A stretch of DNA of 63,542 nt, counting the filler, from Kipferlia bialata (lineage: Eukaryota), in the NCBI GenBank assembly GCA_003568945.1. It is 5 parts of 5 records of this genome, joined end to end, with 100 filler letters (N's around TTAATTAATTAA, not from the genome) between each part and the next. Parts side by side here need not be neighbours in the genome. Positions count along the whole stretch, not along the records: positions 1 to 17,011 come from BDIP01000555.1; 4 more parts are not named here. The stretch is one strand, 5' to 3'. The position numbers were made by a program, and so were the translations under genes. Positions 1 to 12,166 of this stretch are shown piece by piece (within the stretch, counting starts at the first letter, position 1; every line of letters starts with the position of its first letter). The notes beneath the pieces are model-generated. The model saw nothing but the letters and a program-made list of their open reading frames with translations, did not search any database and was not told the origin of the DNA.

Positions 1-45
<45 letters not shown>

Positions 46-87
46 CCCCCCCTCCTGGTTTTTATTGATTCCAGGTCAAACCTCTAG

Positions 88-1477
88 ATATACCTCCCCT
101 GGCTTGAGAGACACCTTTGTTATCATAGAGAGATGGAGGACCATGAGATTGACCACATTGTCAGGTGATCTAGCGATACATATGTAATAATATATGTGAT
201 AATGAGTATGAAATATATTCCAGTGAATGCTGATGCATTCAACAAATCTTCAATTTCTTGCCATTTGAGTATTTATGATACCAGGTGGGCCACTTACGAT
301 GGGAATGACACTGAATAGTAGTACTATTATGGTATCCTTAATACCACTATTATATCAAATATTCTTTATTCTATTATATTCATCGTTAATATGACACCAG
401 GTGTGCCACCTATGATGGGACTGATGCTGATGCAAGAGCTCGGCTGAAGAAGAGTCCACTGCATGAGCAGGCAGTGAAGAAAGTGAATAGGTATGTATAT
501 ATATACATATATGTATATACCTATATATATATACTGACACTGATACTATATGTATCGTATATACAATATATATTGGTACACATTCTTATATGTCTCTCTT
601 CCTCTCTCTTTAGATGTACTTGTTACACTGCATGGTCAGCCTGTGAAGAAACTGGATTGGTATATATGTTCTAATTAGAGGATTGGAGCTGCCCTTGCAC
701 CACGCTGGAGCAAGGTTAAGGCCTCACTGACACCAAAGGAGAAGGTGAGTGTTATACTAACCTAGATACATGTGTAATACTAATAGCTGTATACGTCAGT
801 GTTTGGGAGAGTGTCTCACTGCATATATGGTAGATATAGTAGATATATGTACTATACATACTCTATAAATGCATATACTATACACCAAGGAGAAGGTGAA
901 TATGACACCAAAGGAGAAGGTGAGTGTTATGCATATATAGTATATATGGTTGTATATAGTATATATAGTGTTTGGGCATGTATTAGGGGTTGCTACATGA
1001 CAATAAGGTCTCACTGACACCAAAGGAGAATGTGAGTGTACACTGTGCACTCTATACTAAACTGAATACATTAATAATCATAACCTTTATGTGTCTCACT
1101 TATAGATGGCTGTCAGGGACGTACGTGCCCTGATTGCAAGCGGGCTGCATAAGTGTGACCCTAGGTACCCTTGGCTGAATTGGCTCAATTCAGTATCTTT
1201 AGTTTCCTTCAATGCATATTGGATCTACTAGTGACGTACAACTCTATAGTTGAAACCTCAGGGTGATGACCGTAATAGTAATCTCTTCTAGAATTCTATA
1301 TTCAATTTAGGAATATTGATAACATTACCATGTAACACCTGAGTCGTGACCGTAATGGTTGAATATTCATTAGATTCATTAGGATACACAGGTATATCAA
1401 TTCAATGTTACCTCAGGGTGATGACCATAATGGTTGAAAGTGGACTGCTCCAGCGGCTTCTGGCCGGGAAGTTTTGA
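88..1477 (+). CDS. 3' part of a multi-exon gene of unknown function; paralogue of the gene at 12167-15076
   Basis: GT-AG spliced reading IYLPWLERHLCYHREMEDHEIDHIVR|CATYDGTDADARARLKKSPLHEQAVKKVNR|RIGAALAPRWSK|...|MAVRDVRALIASGLHKCDPR|VMTIMVESGLLQRLLAGKF* (TGA 1475-1477). Exon-by-exon similarity to the minus-strand copy supports the frame. Confidence 0.65.
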
Positions 1478-1967
1478 CTGCCCCCTCCCCTTCCCCTCCG
1501 GCCCCGCCCGCACCCGCCCTGCCCCCACCCCGCCGCGTTGAGTACTGTAGTATCAGTATCTGATACTGGTACTGACACTGATACTGTGGGAAGACTGTAG
1601 GAAGAGTGACTTGGAGGAGTGTTCGAATTGGTCTATTTGGGTGATGCAGTGCATCACTGATGCACTACGGGATTGTGTGATGTCTGACTCTGTTTGTCTC
1701 ACACTTACACATTGAGTGGTTCTAAAATATATCAGACAGATTATGTCAGCATCTTTACAGACCTATTGTGTTACCGTAATCCATCAATACACAATCTAAT
1801 GAGGGTTCGTCACCGATCTATTATCAGAGAGTGACTCCCACACGCAGGCAGGGAGAGAGAACATAGCCACCATTCAAAGGAAACGTCACAAGATATGACC
1901 ATCTCGCTCTCTTGCCGGGCTATCTCACTAGGCTAATACATGCAGTAACGCTTGCACACATAGCCAC

Positions 1968-4900
1968 CTAGTCCCATGAGTACCAGCCGTCTGACGTATA
2001 GTACGTGCAGTTGAACCCCTGGCCTCCCACGTAGTCTAGATCAGTCTCAAACTCAACGTAGAAGCAGTTGGCCTGGTCGTGTCCATAGTGCATCTCCTCG
2101 TCGATGTCGATGACCCCTGTCGAGCTGGCCAGGAGACTGGCGTGGTTCACGTTGAGAGTACCGTCACAGCTGGCAGTGAAGAGCTTCACCATGTCCCCAG
2201 GGGAGGTCTCTCCCTCGCAGGTGATGCTGGCGGAAGTTGCACCCCAGTGGGCGACAATCCACCTGGGGTGGGTATGGGCACAACACATATAGTATATATA
2301 GTATATAAACATACCAAACAATGGAACTATGGGATGGGTCTGGCCACTGGTACACAACATTTACTATATGCGTTAAGGTAGTAGTCTACTGGGGTAGTAG
2401 CGGGTGATGCAACATTGCTTCTTGTCAACGCTTGATGGTACATATACACAGTATGCCACCCTTGCCCCCTGAGAACAATTGTAGTTCTCTCTCTCTCATA
2501 GACATCATGTAACTATACAGGTTTGTGTGAGTAAATATATAGTGACATATGGTGTACCTGCTGCTGTGGCCGTTTAAACATATATACGGTATATTCATAT
2601 ATACATATCTAGGGCATATTGAATACGAATATACTGTACCTGCTGTTCTGTCCGTTGTAGTAGTTGGAGTTGTCAATAGTACCAGAGGCAGCGGTCAGAA
2701 GGGTGGTGTCGTCAATATCCACATACTCTGCAGACACGTAGTCACACTCAAACCCTGACCCCATCATGTCAAACCCATCTCCCATCATGTCAAACCCATC
2801 TCCCATCATGTCAANNNNNNNNNNNNNNNNNNNNTCCCATCATGTCAAACCCATCTCCCATCATGTCAAACCCATCTCCCATCATGTCACTGCCAGACGT
2901 GATGAAGTCGATGTACCAACACGTCCGGGGGGTCATGTTGCTAGTCTTGACGTCGAGGGTGAGGGTCTCCTCCGACAGACCAGGAACGAGGGTTGCCATT
3001 AGCTTGGGGGAGGAGGTCACGTGCTCCTGGTCACACTGGGCCGCATACACCTTGAGAGACTCGGAGGATGGGTCGATACCGGAGGAGCAGGTCAGCTCCA
3101 CACTGGCAACCTCGCCTGCGTCCACAACGAAAGTGTCCCACTGGGCCGGAAGGTAGCGATCGTTCACGATAGTGCCTGGAGTGAGAGGGACTGATGTGAT
3201 ATATGACTCTAATAATATGGGACCCACACCTTCCAGGTCTGTGATGAGGTGTATCTCCCTGTAGCGGTCCATAGTGTAGCTGCAGGAGAAGGCCTCCCGA
3301 TCGCTTGTGTGCTGTCCGTTGCTGAACTGTACTATGAGACAGGGGTATGTTCCACTGCCAGCGTCGGCGTCCAGCATCAACCTCTCCTCGAGGTCGATAT
3401 CGTAGCTGGTATAGGCCAGGAGGCTCTGCGACACAACCTGGTCCCCGCTGCACTGTCCGGAGTAGACAGAGAGCGCCGAGTAGCCGGGATTGGCATAGCC
3501 GCTGCACTCGAGGTAAGCCGCGGTGGTGTCGTCGATCGAGGGGTTGATTACCCATGACACCCGCTGGTACTGGGCTACAGGCTCGTTGTAGAAGGTACCA
3601 GAAGGGTCGGTGAGGGGGATGGTGGTGTCGCTGTAGGGGGTCACGGAGTAGGACCAGGACACGTCAGTGGACATGTGGTTAGAAGAGGCATCGAGCTCCA
3701 CATAGAAACAGTTGGCGTCTTCCTCAGAGGGCCAGGCGTCGAAGTACAGTGTGGTGTTTAGAGAGGTAACCTCATGGGTCCACTGTACAGGGTTCTCTCC
3801 CTCGCAGTGGGCGGTGTAGAGAGAGAGGTGGGCACATGACTCTGAGGTGCAGGACACCTGGGCCTGGGCCGGGTGGGGTGTCTCGACAATCCACCTGGAT
3901 GTAAGAGGGGGTGGGGGTGGGAATAAGATTCAAAGTGGATATGGGTTGTCCATCCGTACCTGGCGTGCTCTCCGTTGTAGACACCGTCCACAACAACATC
4001 CCCGCTAGGTGCGTAGAGGTAGACAGGCCACTCCACGGGTACGTAGGGTGTGGATGTGAAAGCACATGATATGCTCCAGTTCTCATAGTCGACATAGGGC
4101 GCAGAGTTAGCAAACACATGCACACCGAAGGGGTTGAGAGACGCCTCTGCTCCATCCACGTCTAGAGCAACCTCGATCTCTCCACCAGAGCCCAGAGACC
4201 CTACGCTGACGAGCTGGGAGATGGCGTCTCCGTCGTAGTGTGACAAGACTACAGACACGATCAGGGAGGGGTAAGGGCTGCCAGTGTAGTCACAGGACAC
4301 AGTACCAGAGGCCATCCCTGGGGCGGCCACCCACCACACATCATCAGCATTGGGGGAACCAGTGTACGTGAAGTAGCCTGGGAATGAGTGGTGTGTTAAT
4401 AGGGGTGTGATACATACAATAAGGGACGTGCACCCCGTTGGGTACGCATTCAAAGTCAGTGACACATACGCACCTTCGGGGTCCTCGAGTATGGTAGTGT
4501 GGGCGTAGGCATCGAGTGTGTATCTGAGGCTCAGTCTCTCGGCAGGGGTTGGGGTGTGGGGGGTGGAGAAGACGAGGGCGAGGCAGGTCTCGGTGGAGAG
4601 GCCCTGTGCCTCTACCACAAAGGATGTACGCGAGTGTTGCCCGTAGTCTCTGGGGAACGAGAAGATGAGGATAGGGTCGCTGATCGAGTCAACGTCGCAC
4701 TGGCCAGAGTACACGTCGAGGCTGGCCCTGTCTAGGCCCTGGTCAATGTCAATCATCAATCATCAATCATCAATGTCAATGGTGGCAGAGGCAATGCCGG
4801 AGATGCCGGGATTGACTATCCAGACGTCTGACTGGTCCACCACATACCGGTCACTGGACACTGTACCGGCAGTGGTGGTGAGGTAAGTGTACTCGGAGTC

Positions 4901-7900
4901 GTAGAGAGAGGCCGCGTAGGTGCAGCTAAAGGCGCCTCCGGTGCTGTCGTAACCAGCAACGAGCTCAACGTACAGGCTGTTGGGGGTCGTGTCAGCCGGC
5001 AGGAATGCAAACTGGACGCCGTCGCTAAAAGACACACACCCAGTTGCAGAATGGAGCAAGGTGGGTGATGTGAGGTGTTCACCGTCCAGGTGGGCAGAGA
5101 AGGTGGACAGAGAGTCTGACCCAATCCATCCCCTGCACTCTAGGTCCAGACTGACAACAGTTGGTACGGCAATAACCCACCTGGGGTGAGAGGGATAAGG
5201 GGATAATGATATATATATCGTATCTAAAAGACGTGTAGCATATGAAGATGCACTCACATCAAATGCTCTCCCTTTGGGTATCCGGCTGGGGCTATGGTGC
5301 CTGAGAGCTCTGTGAGGTACACGACGTCAGAGGTATTGAAGGAGAAGGCTATGTAGTCACAGGACACGGTGCGGGAGACACCGCTCACGCCAGATGTAGC
5401 CAGCTGTACCACCACACAGTTCTCCCCACCATCGACAGAGGGGGGGTCCAGAGACACGTACACAGAGGCAAAGGCATCCTCTGCGACAAGGGAGCCCAGG
5501 GTGAGTGTGCCATCAGGGGTACGGTGGGCAGAATAGACGAGAAGGGAGTCTGTCGGGTCGAGGGCCGCGTCACACTGGAGAGAGACACCGGCCACGTTGG
5601 GCATGTCAATAACCCAGGTATCGAGTAGATTGGGGCCGACGCTGTCAGGCGCTATGGTGCCGAATGGGATAGAGAGGGTCTCGGTACTAGACTCGAAGGC
5701 GGTAGCAGTGTAGGAGCACGAGAAGCCAGAGCCACCGAGGTAGTCAGAGTTGCTGTGGAGGTCTAGGTAGATGCATGTTCCGAGCTCCTCTGTGCCCTCT
5801 AGATGGGTCATGGACACAAGCGTGAGATACTCAAAGTCCCCTGTCAGCGTGTTGAGCAGGGTGTCGCTGGCTATGGCAAAGGAACTATGCCCAAAGGTAC
5901 CGGAACACACACCCGAGTAGAGAGAGATGGTGTCCCCATTGCCCAAGGAGCCACAGAACTCTAGGACAGCAGAAGATAGGTTGCTAGGGGCGACGATCCA
6001 CCTGGGGTGAGAGAGGTGGTGTGGTGGAGAGATACACGAGAGAGATATACACTGCCACCAACCTACTGTGCTGACCGTTGGTGTAACCGTCAGCCTCGAT
6101 GATGTCACTGAGCTCCACTGTATACTGTACATCGGTTTGGGCAGTGTAGGGGGTGGATGCGTAGGTCACAGTGAAGGAGGGGTCCGGCACAATGTCGTCC
6201 TTGGGCTGTCCCTCCTCGGTGTGGTCGGTGTAGAACGACATGTACCAACAGTTGTTATCGGTGGGGTCGAGCGAGAGGGTAACGGAGTCACTCACAGTAA
6301 CACCACAGCCAGCGTCTGTACCAGGGTCGCAGTCCGTCTCGTAGCGCTGTATCATCTCCCCCTCTGACACACTCCCGTCTGCACCGCAGTTGGCAACATA
6401 CAGCTCCAGGTGCGTCCAAGGGCTGTAGTTCCCGCCTGATATAGCGTTGGTGGCCACGTCAATCTCGACGGAGGACACGGGGCCGGCGTTGACAATGTAC
6501 TTGTCGTCCATCTGAGGCAGGAACCTCAGACTGGCGAAGGAGGCGTCCAGGTCGGTGATGGTGAAGGTACCCTTCTCTGGGAGGCAGGGGTAGGGGGAGG
6601 CTGGGGAACAGGGTGAAGATTGTGGGGTTAAACGTATCTAGCTAGTACCAAAGGTAATAGAAATGTGTGTCACGGCAGGCCTTACTCCAAAGAGATGAGA
6701 GAGGAGTAAGGGTACTGACCTGACACAGTTGTGTACGTGCACTGCCATCTGGGAGAGACATAGGCAGGGGAGGACATGGTGTATTCCACATAGAAGCAGT
6801 CAGAGGTGGAGCCTTCAAAGTCAATGGTCTGGGGGTGAGAATGAGTCATCATCAGAATAGTCTGTATGGATAGTGGCAGAGTGGGGGTCAGATGGTGGAA
6901 GGGGCATTGAAGGGGCAGACAGAGAGAGAGCTTGCATGGTACTGCATAGTACACTTACCAGGTCCTCTCTGATGTTGACTAGCCCAGTAGCGGATGTCCA
7001 CTCTATCCTGTCAGCCAGAGAGGCCTCACCGCCACACACACCCTGGCCAATGGACAACTGGTGTCAGAGGGGGCTATATGTATATAGATATACATAGAGA
7101 GAGAGCTGTAGACACAGAGAAAGAGAGACACAAAGACAGAAACTTGCCCTGGCCAATGGACAACTGGGGTGAGAGGGGAGAGGGGAGAGGGGAGAGAGGA
7201 TACTGATACTGATACTGATACTGATACTGGGGCGAGAGGGAAGAGATAGTACGTAAGACACATGCATTCAGACAGGAACTTGTCCTTGGGGCTTGGGGTG
7301 AGGGGGCTATATATAGAGAGAGACAGAGAGCTGGAGATACAGAGAAAGGGGCACACAAAGACAGAGACTTGTCCTTGGCTATGTGTGTGAGATGGGACGG
7401 AGGAGAGGGAGAACGGGTGGTACTGGTCCCGTTTCAATGGGTAAGTACCAACATGCAGAGTGTAGGCTACATGCTGCTGAATTGGGAGGGAGAGAGAGAT
7501 AGAGACCCACCTTGTCCACGCCGAGAGCCACCTCGCCAGAACACTCGATATGCATGGAGTGGAGGTAGGGTGGGGACACAATGTGAGTCATGGATACGGT
7601 TGTGTCGGCAAAGGATCCACTGGGGTCCGTGTGGAGGGTAGGAGGGATGGATGTGTCAACAGAGACCACAAAGGTGTTGTAGCATCCAGAGATGGCAACT
7701 ATCTCGCTGCTCTCGGAGGACAGTGTCACTGCAGTGTACGTCGAGACATCCTGGGGTTAGAGTAGTAGGAAACCGGTACGTACATAGTGGTATACACCCC
7801 TATACCTCTGTGCTGCCAGTGCCTTACACCTCATACTGTAATACCACGGTGATATACAGTGTGATATACAGTGTGATATACAGTGTGATATACAGTGTAT

Positions 7901-10900
7901 ACTATACACCCCTATAAGGTATAGGTATAGTATACCTCTGTGGTGCCAGTGCCCAGCTCTCCTGCCCCGTTGTGTCCCTTGGCATACAGGCCACCCCTGG
8001 CATCAGTATTAGTGTTAGTATTGGTATGGATACTATTATAGTAGCATCAGTACCGGTCACTGTACTCAGTATCAGTGTCAGTACTAGTAATAGTATATAT
8101 ACTTGATACCTAGCATCAGTCACTGTGCTACCGTAGGCCAAGGCAGTAACTCTAGTCGCCTGGAGTTAAAAGAGACCCACTATACTAGTCACAGAAGACC
8201 CAGAGTTATAGAAGAAGACTAAGCCCAGCCACCATGTACGTCGCACTTTGTACTTAGAGTAGCTAAGCAATCATCACAGTAGCGATAGAGGGCACTATAT
8301 ACCTTGTGACCGTCAAGTTGAGACAGGTCCTGGGAGGTAGGGGTGCACAGGTACGTAGCAGCGGCACTGGTGGAGCACTGGTGATACTCGTTGTCGCCCC
8401 AGCAGTACACACTGCCTGGGATGGGAGGCTGAATAGTATATACTATAATTCAGCTACATAGTGTCGTTGTAGTACATTAGAAGTATACTAAAGTATCACA
8501 AAAGTAGAAATCGTGTGAGAGTAACGAGGCCATCTCTGGTGGTATTAATAGGGTACTAGGCTTATACACACCGTCATCGAGGAGGACCAGGGAATGGTTG
8601 GCACCGACTGATATGTTGATGACAGTGCGCTCAACAGCCCACTTGGTAAGCACCTTGTGTCAATAAAAGTCAATATCAGTCAACAGTAGTCAATATCAGT
8701 CAATGGTAGTCAATATCAGTCAATGGTAGTCAATATCAGAGACAGTGTATGTATCAGACCAGCTCTGCTAAGTAGAGAGGGCTAGCACTGTCACCTCCCT
8801 ACCTTCTGTGGCTTCCTCTCTGTATCTGTAGATCCATTGCCCATCTGACCCAGGGTGTTCAGCCCGAGGGACACCAGATCCCCAGAGTCCAGTAGGATCA
8901 GGCAAAAGTACTGCCCAGAACTAATCTGTGTGGCTACCGCCGTCTTAGGTACACCTTGAGTGAAAGGGGAGGGGGGGGGGGGTAAATGTGTTTAATGTTG
9001 AACATGAAGATCATGATTAACACATACAGTATTCATACATATTATATACATGGGTCCAAACCCAGTGTATGTGGATATGCTATATATATACCAAGCATTG
9101 TACTCTAAACTGCATTCTCGTACCTGCAGGACGGTAAGACAGGAGAGCAGGACGTTTGACATCTCCAGATATCCTTGGGTTAGAGGCAGAGGGTGCATAA
9201 TTGGAGGATTATGTGTGTTATATTAATATTAGCTAATCGACACAATTATACCTGAAGGCGTTGACACAATGGTGCGTTGATGAATCATCAATGATGATAG
9301 AAGAATATTGGTACTGTTGGTACAACATACATACTATACAGTGGAGACACTCACCCTGGCCTAGCCTGGAAGTTGTAGTTGTAGCCAAATGCCCAGATCT
9401 GACCCTGGAGTGAGATGGTGATAGACACAGAACCGGCCCCCTCTAACATGGCTAAGAGAGATAGAAAGAATAGCCTATAGGACTTATTACATTGATACTG
9501 CACATACCGTAGATGTGAGTATGTACGACGTGTTGCCCCTGGACACTGCCGAGACTGGCAGTCCCTCTGTGGTAGGTACATTAATGAGGACAGGCCTGGA
9601 CAATTAGAGAAAAGATGAGAGAGAGAGGGGGGGGGGGAGAGAGAGAGAGAGAGAGAGAGAGATGTCCCTCGTACATCAATGAGGACAGGCCTGGCTGTTG
9701 GGTGTGTGTGGGGGGATTTGGGGTTAGATGAGAATGGGACAGCATTATACTCTATATATATTGTATCTGTATCATCTGCTCTGGACCTCAGATATAGAAT
9801 ACTATAAATATCATTGGTACTATATTGTATAGTTACTATATATTATGTATCAGCACCAGTATCACCTGCTCTGATCCTTAGATATATATATTTATGCATT
9901 TTATTAGTATTAGTATCCTCAGAATTATGTATTATCATAACATATATATGTATCACTGATACAGTATCAGTACCAGAATACCCTGCTTTGGTCCTGTATA
10001 TGTATATATACATAGAATTATTATACATTAATATACATTATGTCAAATAATCACCTGCTCTGATCCTTAGTGTTCCCTATTCCGAGCTCGTAGTGTTCGT
10101 TGTAGCCCCAGCCCCACACTGAGTGGTAAGTATATATATGTATGCATGAGACTATAGTAAGTGAGAGCTAATTATAGTGGTGAGAAGAATGGTGTCCATC
10201 CACGTATCACTATGGTATGTAACCTTGATTGGAGTCATCGATGGCCAGAGCATGGGTGCTTCCACACCCAATGGACACAATCTGTGACAAGTGAGTGACG
10301 AGTGAACGACAAGTGAGTGACAAGGGAGTGACAAGTAAGTGACAAGCGAGTGACAAGTGAGTGACAAGCAGTTGTAGGTTACAACCAAAGACTCTCTCTC
10401 ACACCTATATAGACCTCTCGCAGATACACCCCTCAAATATGCATCCTTGAATGTGGGTTCAGTTACTGTGTGACTTGCTACTGTACCTTGTGCCCTCCGA
10501 ATGAGTCAGCGGTAATCATCTGTGGATACAGTGAGTACTTGCTGGGTCGCAAGCCCCTCCCAAGCTGGCCGTGGTCGTTAACACCCATTGTGAAGACGTG
10601 ACCCTGGAGTAAGAAGACACAGCAATGGTAGCAAGAGGCCAAATATATTTGCAGCATATATTTATGGCATAGTATATATACATTTACTATGTACTGAACT
10701 CATCTGTGGGTATCATTGTGAACTCATGTATGTATGCATATATATGTATCTATAGTATAGTATAGTATATATAGTACATATATATACTACATATACCTCC
10801 TCAGTGAGTATCATAGTGAACTCATACATGTATGTACAGTATATGAATATATCCATAGTATAGTATATATAGTACATAAATATACTACATATACCTCATC

Positions 10901-11242
10901 TGTGAGTATCATTGTGAACTTATATCCGGCACAGACATCAGCAGGGGTCTCGCCCTTGAAGGCATCGCTTCCAAGGTCCGTCAGCACCTTGCGGTTGGTG
11001 TGATGAGTGCACTACCTCTTAATCTCTTTCTATATATACATTTATATGTATGTATGTACATATATATATATATATATGTATATTATACACTACAATACAT
11101 AATGAATAACCTTGCGGTTGGTCTGATCCCCAAGGCCAAGCTGCCCGTAGTCGTTGAGGCCTGTCCCCGCTATGCCATGTGCATAGCACACCGCCAACAC
11201 CGCCAGTACACCCAGTAAAGACCCAATTCGATGGCTAATCAT
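1968..11242 (-). CDS. Large secreted protein: signal peptide, RCC1/BLIP-II-like beta-propeller repeats, then ~11 CUB-like domains; possibly disrupted at 4760-4765
   Basis: ATG 11242, MISHRIGSLLGVLAVLAVCYAHG (signal peptide-like). RCC1 motifs GLNDYGQLGLG, GVNDHGQLG, WGWGYNEHYELG, WAFGYNYNFQ, GLNTLGQMG, GANHSLVL, CWGDNEYHQC, KGHNGAGELGTG in exons 7915-11200. Then ~120-aa repeats of the form LTxxSGTI..Y...WxI ... CFYVxFxSD....GFxCxY, ending ...TSDGWYSWD* (1968). Confidence 0.75.
2760..2889. repeat. 21-bp coding tandem repeat (DMMGDGF)n spanning an assembly gap
   Basis: CCCATCATGTCAAACCCATCT units on both sides of the N run at 2814-2834. Confidence 0.85.
7849..7898. repeat. 12-bp intronic tandem repeat (GTGATATACAGT)~4
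   Basis: Read directly from the sequence. Confidence 0.85.
10284..10368. repeat. Intronic GTGACAAGTGA-like degenerate tandem repeat
   Basis: About seven imperfect GTGACAAG(T/G/C)GA units. Confidence 0.75.
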
Positions 11243-11467
11243 GACTTGTCTGCGAGAGAGAGAGAGAGAGGTGTGAGAACACCACACCGATAGGTACAAC
11301 TTTACGGCAAAAACCTTACGCTCGATACTCTTGGCAATTCGGGTGTATCAAGGGCGATGGCAGTTTATGGCCCTCATCGGTATGCTAAAAATCTATATCT
11401 CTATCTCTCTCGGTATGCCCCTGCGCACATACTACACTTTAGGGCTTCAAAAATATAGAATATTCGT

Positions 11468-11953
11468 TATTCTATATAGAATATCGGATATTCTGAATAT
11501 CCTGTAGTAACTACAGTTCGTTCCTGTGAGATATGATTATGAAAGTTGAGTTCCAAAGTTCGAGTTGCCATTCTGTAACAGAATTAACAGCAACAGAATC
11601 TGTTGCTGTTTAAGATATATTCATTAATAGGGTCATCTACAGGATCTTGTTATTAGTAAACTAATTTCAATCATTCTAGATTCTATTCTCTTTCTCTCTT
11701 CTCTCCCCTACTCTCTAGACGCTTGAGGTCTCTCTTTCTCTAGACTTTCCTCTCTCTCCCCCACTCTGAGAGTGGGCCACTCTCTCTAGACCCTTATCTC
11801 TAGAGAGTCAATTACAAAATCTCACAGAGAGAGAGAGCCATCCCAACCCGGAGAGGAGGGAGAGTACGAGCTAAAGACCGCGACTGGACAGTAAAAATAT
11901 GACAGTGGTGTCACACCACTGGTGTGCCATGGGGTCATCATGACCCATGATGA
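11468..11953. repeat. Cluster of short perfect palindromes, mostly with a 1-nt centre
   Basis: 11468-11483, 11486-11502, 11502-11516, 11571-11583, 11586-11610, 11768-11784, 11903-11921, 11912-11926, plus a near-perfect one at 11928-11949. Confidence 0.85.
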
Positions 11954-12166
11954 TAAGGGATGTACGGAGAAAGAGACATAAAGATTGAGAGTAGTACAGA
12001 AAGACACAAAGAATAGGTAGACAATGAATTCAGGGGGTCTCACACAGAGAGAGAGTAGTACCTTGAGGCAAACAGAGCTTCAAGAGAACATCGAAGACTC
12101 CTTGTCACCCTAGTCACCCTTCTCCAAGATCGCAAAGAAGGCAGATAGAGAGGGAGAAGAGGATAG

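Noticed and set aside
137..164. EIDHIV as an HNH nuclease motif
   Set aside because: The paralogue has EIEHMV, and no downstream N/H or CxxC residues are present.
2760..2889. CRISPR-like array
   Set aside because: Head-to-tail repeat without spacers, inside a eukaryotic exon. The intronic echo repeats are likewise exon-derived.
4760..4765. Tandem TGA as selenocysteine or a variant genetic code
   Set aside because: The codons lie inside an obvious 27-nt duplication, and TAA, TAG and TGA all end other genes in the window.
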